Assembly: GCA_002189035.1 (NCBI GenBank)
Contig: NEEC01000016.1
Span: 62,001-126,000 of the forward strand
Direction: 5' to 3'
From: Utricularia gibba
Lineage: Eukaryota; Plantae; Magnoliophyta
Length of the DNA: 64,000 nucleotides
Part shown: positions 1-10,500 of the stretch, piece after piece
Layout of the letters: each line of letters opens with the position of its first letter
Position numbering within the stretch: the stretch's first letter is position 1
The notes under the pieces: generated by a model
The model's database searches: none
Told to the model about the DNA's origin: nothing
The model's input: the letters and a program-made list of their open reading frames with translations, nothing else
Program-made: the position numbers and the translations under genes

Positions 1-2649
1 ACCATTTTGTGACACCATTCAAGGCTAATATAGGCCATCCGTCGAGCTTCGAACTTTCCTCGGATGGGCGACTCCCAACACGAAAAACGACGTCTCAGAA
101 TGAGCTTCGAAACGGTATGCTGTGTGTCGCGTGACTCTAAACGGTTTGGACGATGTGGCGTCAATGGCGAAGGCTGCGCGAGGCCACCCCTTGGTGTAGG
201 AATTCCCAGGGCCCGAGCACACTCGGAGAAACGCATGAGAATGCCGCGAAATTCAAGATTTTGACATATATTAACGAATCACGCGTGTTTCGCAAGCCGA
301 GAATAATTTTCGCATAAAAACGAGCAAAGGAGTCGCGTGTCCCCAATGGCTAGACCATTTTGTGACACCATTGAAGGCTATATAGGCCATCCTTCGAGCT
401 TCGAACTTTCCTCGGATGGGCAACTCCCAACACGAAAAACGACCGTCTCAGAATGAGCTTCGAAACGGTATGCTGTGTGTCGCGTGACTCTAAACGGTTT
501 GGACGATGTGGCGTCAATGGCGAAGGCTGCGCGAGGCCACCCCTTAATGTAGGAATTCCCAGGGCCCGAGCACACTCGGAGAAACGCATGAGAATGCCGC
601 GAAATTCAAGATTTTGACATATATTAACGAATCACGCGTGTTTCGCAATCCGAGAATAATTTTCGCATAAAAACGAGCAAAGGAGTCGCAACGTCCCCAA
701 TGGCTAGACCATTTTGTGACACCATTCAAGGCTTATATAGGCCATCCTTCGAGCTTCGAACTTTCCTCGGATGGGCAAGCTCCCAACACGAAAAACGACC
801 GTCTCAGAATGAGCTTCGAAACGGTATGCTGTGTGTCGCGTGACTCTAAACGGTTTGGACGATGTGGCGTCAATGGCGAAGGCTGCGCGAGGCCACCCCT
901 TGGTGTAGGAAGTCCCAGGGCCCGAGCACACCGAGAAACGCATGAGAATGCCGCGAAATTCAAGATTTTGACATATATTAACGAATCACGCGTGTTTCGC
1001 AAGCCGAGAATTTTTTCGCATAAAAACGAGCAAAGGAGTCGCAACGTCCCCAATGGCTAGGCCATTTTGTGACACCATTGAAGGCTATATATAGGCCATC
1101 CATAAAAACGTCGAGCTTCGAACTTTCCTCGGATGGGCGAACTCCCAACACGAAAACGACGTCTCGGACTTCGAAACGGTATGCTGTGTGTCGCGTGACT
1201 CTAAACGGTTTGGACGATGTGGCGTCAATGGCGAAGGCTGCGCGAGGCCACCCCTTAATGTAGGAATCCCATCGGAGAAACGCATGAGAATGCCGCGAAA
1301 TTCAAGATTTTGACATATATTAACGAATCACGCGTGTTTCGCAAGCCGAGAAAAATTTTCGCATAAAAACGAGCAAAGGAGTCGCAACGTCCCCAATGGC
1401 TAGACCATTTTGTGACACCATTGGCGTCAAGGCTGCGCGAGGCCACCCCTAATATAGGGCCATCCGTCGAGCTTCGAACTTTCCTCGGATGGGCGAACTC
1501 CCAACGAAAAACGATCCGTCTCGAGAATGAGCTTCGAAACGGTATGCTGTGTGTCGCGTGACTCTAAACGGTTTGGACGATGTGGCGTCAATGGCGAAGG
1601 CTGCGCGAGGCCACCCCTTGGTGTAGGAATCCCAGGGGCCCGAGCACACCCGTAGAAACGCATGAGAATGCCGCGAAATTCAAGATTTTGACATATATTA
1701 ACGAATCACGCGTGTTTCGCAAGCCGAGAAAATTTTCGCATAAAAACGAGCAAAGGAGTCGCAACGTCCCCAATGGCTAGACCATTTTGTGACACCATTG
1801 AAGGCTAATATAAGGCCATCCTTCGAGCTTCGAACTTTCCTCGGATGGGCTAGAACTCCCAACACGAAAAACGACCGTCTCGAATGAGCTTCGAAACGGT
1901 ATGCTGTGTGTCGCGTGACTCTAAACGGTTTGGACGATGTGGCGTCAATGGCGAAGGCTGCGCGAGGCCACCCCTTGGTGTAGGAAGTTCCCAGGGCCCG
2001 AGCACACCGTAGAAACGCATGAGAATGCCGCGAAATTCAAGATTTTGACATATATTAACGAATCACGCGTGTTTCGCAAGCCGAGAATAATTTTCGCATA
2101 AAAACGAGCAAAGAGTCCCAACGTCCCCAATGGCTAGGCCATTTTGTGACACCATTCAAGGCTTATATAGGGCCATCCGTCGAGCTTCGAACTTTCCTCG
2201 GATGGGCGAACTCCCAACACGAAAAACGATCGTCTCAGAATGAGCTTCGAAACGGTATGCTGTGTGTCGCGTGACTCTAAACGGTTTGGACGATGTGGCG
2301 TCAATGGCGAAGGCTGCGCGAGGCCACCCCTTAATGTAGGAATCCCAGGGCCCGAGCACACCCGGAGAAACGCATGAGAATGCCGCGAAATTCAAGATTT
2401 TGACATATATTAACGAATCACGCGTGTTTCGCAAGCCGAGAAAAATTTTCGCATAAAAACGAGCAAAGGAGTCGCAACGTCCCCAATGGCTAGACCATTT
2501 TGTGACACCATTCAAGGCTAATATAGGCCATCCTTCGAGCTTCGAACTTTCCTCGGATGGGCGAACTCCCAACACGAAAAACGACTCTCGAATGAGCTTC
2601 GAAACGGTATGCTGTGTGTCGCGTGACTCTAAACGGTTTGGACGATGTG

Positions 2650-5600
2650 GCAATGGCGAAGGCTGCGCGAGGCCACCCCTTGGTGTATCCCAGGGCTGAG
2701 AATGCCGCGAAATTCAAGATTTTGACATATATTAACGAATCACGCGTGTTTCGCAAGCTCGCATAAAAACGAGCACGGTCCCCAATGGCTAGACCATTTT
2801 GTGACGGCTATATAGGCGTCGAGCTTCGAACTTTCCTCGGATGGGCGAAGAAAAACGACTCTCAGAATGAGCTTCGAAACGGTATGCTGTGTGTCGCGTG
2901 ACTCTAAACGGTTTGGACGATGTGGCGTCAATGGCGAAGGCTGCGCGAGGCCACCCTTGGTAGGAATTAGAAACGCATGAGAATGCCGCGAAATTCAAGA
3001 TTTTGACATATATTAACGAATCACGCGTGTTTCGCAGCCGAGACGCATAAAAACGAGCAAAGAGTCCAACGTCCCCAATGGCTAGGCCATTTTGTGACAC
3101 CATTCAAGGCTTATATAGGGCCATCCGTCGAGCTTCGAACTTTCCTCGGATGGGCGAACTCCCAACACGAAAAACGATCGTCTCAGAATGAGCTTCGAAA
3201 CGGTATGCTGTGTGTCGCGTGACTCTAAACGGTTTGGACGATGTGGCGTCAATGGCGAAGGCTGCGCGAGGCCACCCCTTGGTGTAGGAATCAGCGCGCA
3301 TGAGAATGCCGCGAAATTCAAGATTTTGACATATATTAACGAATCACGCGTGTTTCGCAAGCCGAGAATAATTTTCGCATAAAAACGAGCAAAGGAGTCG
3401 CATGTCCCCAATGGCTAGTTTTGTGACACCATTTCCTAGAAATTCCCAACACGAAAAACGATCGTCGAGCATGACCTCGGCGAAACGGTATCCGTCAAGC
3501 TTACGAACGTGATCGGATGAGGCTTCGAACGTCGGATGGGCGAAAAACGACCGTCTCAATGAGCTTCGAAACGGTATGACTCTAAACGGTTTGGACTTCG
3601 AATGTAGGAATTGTGTGTCGCGCGAGCTCGCACGAGTCCTTGGAGAATTCAAGGATATCCCAATGCGAAGAAATGCGAATTGACGAAAATGTAACGCCCA
3701 GGGCGAAATTTTCGATTTTGACATATATTAACGAATCACGCGTGTTTCGCAGCGCATGAGAATCGCAACGAATATTCAAGCGGGCCATCCGTCGAGCTTC
3801 GAACTTTCCTCGGATGGGCGAACTTAGAATGAGCTTCGAAACGGTATGCACTCTAAACGGTTTGGACGATGTGGCGTCAATGGCGAAGGCTGCGCGAGGC
3901 CACCCCTTTTGGAATGGGCCCGAGCACACAGAAACGCATGAGAATGCCGCGAAATTCAAGATTTTGACATATATTAACGAATCACGCGTGTTTCGCATCG
4001 CATAAAAACGTCCCAACGTCCCCAATGGCTAGGCCATTTTGTGACACCATTCAAGGCTTAACCATCCGTCGAGCTTCGAACTTTCCTCGGATGGGCGAAC
4101 TCCAACACGAAAAACGATCGTCTCAGAATGAGCTTCGAAACGGTATGCTGTGTGTCGCGTGACTCTAAACGGTTTGGACGATGTGGCGTCAATGGCGAAG
4201 GCTGCGCGAGGCCACCCCTCCCAGGGCCCGAGCACACGTAGAAACGCATGAGAATGCCGCGAAATTCAAGATTTTGACATATATTAACGAATCACGCGTG
4301 TTTCGCAAGCTTTTCGCATAAAAACGAGTTTCCCCAATGGCTAGACCATTTTGTGACACCATGTGGGCGAGCTTCGAACTTTCCTCGGATGGGCGAAAAA
4401 CGGTCTGCTTCGAAACGGTATGCTGTGTGTCGCGTGACTCTAAACGGTTTGGACGATGTGGCGTCAATGGCGAAGGCTGCGCGAGGCCAAGGAATCCCAG
4501 GGCCCGAGCATCCGCGAAATTCAAGATTTTGACATATATTAACGAATCACGCGTGTTTCGCAGCCGACGCATAAAAACGAGCAAAGGAGTCGCAACGTCC
4601 CCAATGGCTAGGCCATTTTGTGACACCATTCAAGGCTTATATAGGCCATCCGTCGAGCTTCGAACTTTCCTCGGATGGGCGAACTCCCAACACGAAAAAC
4701 GATCGTCTCAGAATGAGCTTCGAAACGGTATGCTGTGTGTCGCGTGACTCTAAACGGTTTGGACGATGTGGCGTCAATGGCGAAGGCTGCGCGAGGCCAC
4801 CCCTTAATGTAGGAATCCCAGGGCCCGAGCACACTAGAAACGCATGAGAATGCCGCGAAATTCAAGATTTTGACATATATTAACGAATCACGCGTGTTTC
4901 GCAATCCGAGAATAATTTTCGCATAAAAACGAGCAAAGGAGTCGCAACGTCCCCAATGGCTAGGCCATTTTGTGACACCATTCAAGGCTTATATAGGGCC
5001 ATCCGTCGAGCTTCGAACTTTCCTCGGATGGGCGAACACGAAAAACGATCGTCTCAGAATGAGCTTCGAAACGGTATGCTGTGTGTCGCGTGACTCTAAA
5101 CGGTTTGGACGATGTGGCGTCAGGCGAAGGCTGCGCGAGGCCACCCCTTTGTAGGAATCCCAGGGCCGAGCACACTTCGAAACGGTATATATCTGTGTCC
5201 GTCGCGTCGCACTGGCTAACTTTCGGTTGGGATGAACTGGAAACAACGAAAAACGACCGCTTCGAAACGGCTGCGCGTGACTCTAAACGGTTTGGACGAT
5301 GTGGCGTCAATGGCGAAGGCTGCGCGAGGCCACCCCTTAATGTAGGAATTCCCAGGCCCGAGCACACGGAGAAACGCATGAGAATGCCGCGAAATTCAAG
5401 ATTTTGACATATATTAACGAATCACGCGTGTTTCGCAGAGAACGCATAAACGAGCAATCGCCGGCGAAATTGTGGCGTGAACATAAGATTAACGAATCAC
5501 GCGTGTAATGGCGCAGGAGCCCAGGGCCCGAGCACACTCGGAGAAACGCATGAGAATGCCGCGAAATTCAAGATTTTGACATATATTAACGAATCACGTG

Positions 5601-8600
5601 TTTCGCAAGCCGAGAAGCCGAGCAAAGAGTCGCAACGTCCCCAATGGCTAGGCCATTTTGTGACACCATTCAAGGCTTATATAGGGCCATCCGTCGAGCT
5701 TCGAACTTTCCTCGGATGGGCGAACTCCCAACACGAAAAACGATCGTCTCAGAATGAGCTTCGAAACGGTATGCTGTGTGTCGCGTGACTCTAAACGGTT
5801 TGGACGATGTGGCGTCAATGGCGAAGGCTGCGCGAGGCCACCCCTTTGTAGGACCCAGGGCCCGATGAGAATGCCGCGAAATTCAAGATTTTGACATATA
5901 TTAACGAATCACGCGTGTTTCGCAAGCCGCGCATAAAAACGAGCTCGCAACGTCCCCAATGGCTAGGCCATTTTGTGACACCATTCAAGGCTTATATAGG
6001 GCCATCCGTCGAGCTTCGAACTTTCCTCGGATGGGCGAACTCCCAACACGAAAAACGACGTCTCAGAATGAGCTTCGAAACGGTATGCTGTGTGTCGCGT
6101 GACTCTAAACGGTTTGGACGATGTGGCGTCAATGGCGAAGGCTGCGCGAGGCCACCCCTTAATGTAGGAATTCCCAGGGCCCGAGCACACTCGGAGAAAC
6201 GCATGAGAATGCCGCGAAATTCAAGATTTTGACATATATTAACGAATCACGCGTGTTTCGCAATCCGAGGCATAAAAACGAGCAAAGAGTCCAACGTCCC
6301 CAATGGCTAGGCGTGAGGTTATGGCGTCGAAACTGGCGAAGCGACGTGCGAAACGGCTGTGTGACTCTAAACGGTTTGGACGATGTGGCGTCAATGGCGA
6401 AGGCTGCGCGAGGCCACCCCTTAATGTAGGAATTCCCAGGGCCCGAGCACACTCGGAGAAACGCATGAGAATGCCGCGAAATTCAAGATTTTGACCGAGA
6501 ATGCCGCGAAATTCAAGATTTTGACATATATTAACGAATCACGCGTGTTTCGCAAGCCGAGAACGCGAGCAATCGCAACGTCTGTGTGTCGCGTGACTCT
6601 AATGGCTAGGCCATTTTGTGACACCATTGCCGCGAAATTCAAGGCATATATAACGAATCACGGGCCAAACGTCTGGCTAGGCGTGACACCATTTTATATA
6701 GGGCCATCCGGAGCTGAACTTTCCTCGGCGAAACACGAAAAACGAGTCTCATGAGCTTCGAAACGGTATGCTGTGTGTCGCGTGACTCTAAACGGTTTGG
6801 ACGATGTGGCGTCAATGGCGAAGGCTGCGCGAGGCCACCCCTTAATGTAGGAATTCCCAGGGCCCGAGCACACAGAAACGCATGAGAATGCCGCGAAATT
6901 CAAGATTTTGACATATATTAACGAATCACGCGTGTTTCGCAAGCCGAGAATTTTCGCATAAAAACGAGCAAAGGAGTCGTCCCCAATGGCTAGGCCATTT
7001 TGTGACACCATTCAAGGCTTATATAGGGCCATCCGTCGAGCTTCGAACTTTCCTCGGATGGGCGAACTCCCAACACGAAAAACGATCGTCTCAGAATGAG
7101 CTTCGAAACGGTATGCTGTGTGTCGCGTGACTCTAAACGGTTTGGACGATGTGGCGTCAATGGCGAAGGCTGCGCGAGGCCACCCCTTAATGGGAATGTA
7201 GGAAGAATGCCGCGAAATCCCGGGCCAAGAGCACACAAACGAGTTCGCGAAATGAGAATCTGCTTTTCGCATAAAAACGAGCAATCCCCAATGGCTAGTC
7301 CCATTCAAGGCTTATATAGGGCCATCCGTCGAGCTTCGAACCCTCGGATTCCCAACACGAAAAACGATCGTCTCAGACAAACGGTATGCTGTGTGTCGCG
7401 TGACTCTAAACGGTTTGGACGATGGCGTATGCGCGAGGCCACCCCTAATGTAGGAATTCCCACCGTTATATTAACGAATCACGCGTGTTTCGCAATCCGC
7501 TGTCTTCCCAACACGAAAAACGACGCTTCGAAACGGTATGCTGTGTGTCGCGTGACTCTAAACGGTTTGGACGATGTGGCGTCAATGAAGGCTGCGCGAG
7601 GCCACCCCTTGGTGTAGGAAGTCCCATTTTAACAGAGAAAGAGCAAACGAGCAACGTCCCCAATGGCTAGGCCATTTTGTGACACCATTCAAGGCTTATA
7701 TAGGGCCATCCGTCGAGCTTCGAACTTTCCTCGGATGGGCGAACTCCCAACACGAAAAACGATCGTCTCAGAATGAGCTTCGAAACGGTATGCTGTGTGT
7801 CGCGTGACTCTAAACGGTTTGGACGATGTGGCGTCAATGGCGAAGGCTGCGCGAGGCCACCCCTTAATGTAGGAATTCCCAGGGCCCGAGCACACCGGAG
7901 AAACGCATGAGAATGCCGCGAAATTCAAGATTTTGACATATATTAACGAATCACGCGTGTTTCGCAATCCGAGAATAATTTTCGCATAAAAACGAGCAAA
8001 GGAGTCGCATGTCCCCAATGGCTAGGCCATTTTGTGACACCATTCAAGGCTTATATAGGCCATCCGTCGAGCTTCGAACTTTCCTCGGATGGGCGAACTC
8101 CCAACACGAAAAACGATCGTCTCAGAATGAGCTTCGAAACGGTATGCTGTGTGTCGCGTGACTCTAAACGGTTTGGACGATGTGGCGTCAATGGCGAAGG
8201 CTGCGCGAGGCCACCCCTTGTGTAGGAAGTCCCAGGGCCCGAGCATAGAAACGCATGAGAATGCCGCGAAATTCAAGATTTTGACATATATTAACGAATC
8301 ACGCGTGTTTCGCAAGGTTTGGACCGAGAATAATTTTCGCATAAAAACGAGCAAAGGAGTCGCAACGTCCCCAATGGCTAGACCATTTTGTGACACCATT
8401 CAAGGCTTATATAGGGCCATCCTCGGATCGAGCTTCGAACTTTCCTCGGATGGGCGAACTTCCCAACACGAAAAACGATCGTCTCAGAATGAGCTTCGAA
8501 ACGGTATGCTGTGTGTCGCGTGACTCTAAACGGTTTGGACGATGTGGCGTCAATGGCGAAGGCTGCGCGAGGCCACCCCTTGGTGTAGGAAGTCCCATGA

Positions 8601-10500
8601 GAAACAAGCATGAGAATGCATGTGGGGCAAATTCCGGCAAAAAACGATCACTTCGAAACGGTATGCTGTGTGTCGCGTGACTCTAAACGGACCCCGAAAA
8701 CACCCGAGCTGAGAATGCCGCGAAATTCAAGATTTTGACATATATTAACGAATCACGCGTGTTTCGCAATCCGAGATCGCATAAAACGAGCAAACGAGTC
8801 CCAACGTCCCCAATGGCTAGGCCATTTTGTGACACCATTCAAGGCTTATATAGGCCATCCGTCGAGCTTCGAACTTTCCTCGCGAACTCCCAACACGAAA
8901 AACGATCGTCTCAGAATGAGCTTCGAAACGGTATGCTGTGTGTCGCGTGACTCTAAACGGTTTGGACGATGTGGCGTCAATGGCGAAGGCTGCGCGAGGC
9001 CACCCCTTGGTGTAGGAATTCCCAGGGCCCGAGCACACTCGGAGAAACGCATGAGAATGCCGCGAAATTCAAGATTTTGACATATATTAACGAATCACGC
9101 GTGTTTCGCAAGCCGAGAATTAATTTTCGCATAAAACGAGCAAAAGTTCCCCAATGGCTAGTTTTGTGACACCATTCAAGGCTTATATAGGCCATCCGTC
9201 GAGCTTCGAACTTTCCTCGGATGGGCGAACCCCAAAAAACGATCGTCTCCTTCGAAACGGTATGCTGTGTGTCGCGTGACTCTAAACGGTTTGGACGATG
9301 TGGCGTCAATGGCGAAGGCTGCGCGAGGCCACCCCTTGGTGTAGGAATTCCCAGGGCCCGAGCACACTTGAGAATGCCGCGAAATTCAAGATTTTGACAT
9401 ATATTAACGAATCACGCGTGTTTCGCAAGCCGAGAATAATTTTCGCATAAAAACGAGCAAAGGAGTCGCGAAATGGCTAGGGACCACTGTCCGACACTTT
9501 CCTCGGATTTCTCCGAATACACTCCGCGATCGTCTGGCGAACTTTAATGTAGGAATTCCCAGGGCCCGAGCACACTCGGAGAAACGCATGAGAATGCCGC
9601 GAAATTCAAGATTTTGACATATATTAACGAATCACGCGTGTTTCGCAAGCCGAGAATAATTTTCGCATAAAAACGAGCAAACGAGTCCCAACGTCCCCAA
9701 TGGCTAGCTATGGCTTGTTCGAAACGGATTAATGGTGATATGCTGTGTGTCGCGTGACTCTAAACGGTTTGGACGATGTGGCGTCAATGGCGAAGGCTGC
9801 GCGAGGCCACCCCTTGGTGTAGGAATTCCCAGTAGAGAAACGCATGAGAATGCCTTCAAGATTTTGACATATATTAACGAATCACGCGTGTTTCGCAAGC
9901 CGCGCATTCGCAACGTCCCCAATGGCTAGGCCATTTTGTGACACCATTCAAGGCTTATATAGGGCCATCCGAGCTTCGAACTTTCCTCGGATGGGCGACT
10001 CCCAACACGAAAAACGATCGTCTCAGAATGAGCTTCGAAACGGTATGCTGTGTGTCGCGTGACTCTAAACGGTTTGGACGTCAATGGCGAAGGCTGCGCG
10101 AGGCCACCCCTCAGCACACCCGAGAAACGCATGAGAATGCCGCGAAATTCAAGATTTTGACATATATTAACGAATCACGCGTGTTTCGCAGGCCGCATAA
10201 AAACGAGCAAAGGAGTCGCTCCCCAATGGCTAGCCATGTGAGGAATTCCGTCGAGCTTCGAACTTTCCTCGGATGGGCCTCGAGCAATGAGCTTCGAAAC
10301 GGTATGCTGTGTGTCGCGTGAGGTTTGGACGATGTGGCGTCAATGGCGAAGGCTGCGCGAGGCCACCCCTGTAGGAATGCCCGAGCGAGAAACGCATGAG
10401 AATGCCGCGAAATTCAAGATTTTGACATATATTAACGAATCACGCGTGTTTCGCATTTTTCGCATAAAAACGAGCAAACGAGTCCCAACGTCCCCAATGG
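2650..10500. repeat. Degraded sub-array: shortened (~270-320 bp) and scrambled monomers
   Basis: Junction spacings of ~300 (2494-2794), ~292 (2794-3086), ~311 and ~268 (4033-4344-4612). Mosaic patches of monomer k-mers at 3430-3785, 5176-5520, 6311-6750, 7191-7660, 8590-8720 and 9470-9745. Confidence 0.9.
6467..6525 (+). repeat. Internal 30-bp tandem duplication within a monomer
   Basis: GAGAATGCCGCGAAATTCAAGATTTTGAC at 6467-6495 and again at 6497-6525. Confidence 0.92.

Noticed and set aside
2164-2173. TATA-like TATATAG / minus-strand CTATATAA in each monomer as a promoter
   Set aside because: A short AT word that is polymorphic between alleles, with no downstream gene. It cannot be supported as regulatory.
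2137-2493. 5S rDNA or tRNA gene array
   Set aside because: Only a 15-bp box-C-like match and a 9-bp B-box-like word are present. There is no 120-nt 5S body and no cloverleaf. The A-box-like TGGCGTCAATGG has an extra base and lies ~250 bp from the next same-strand B-like motif.
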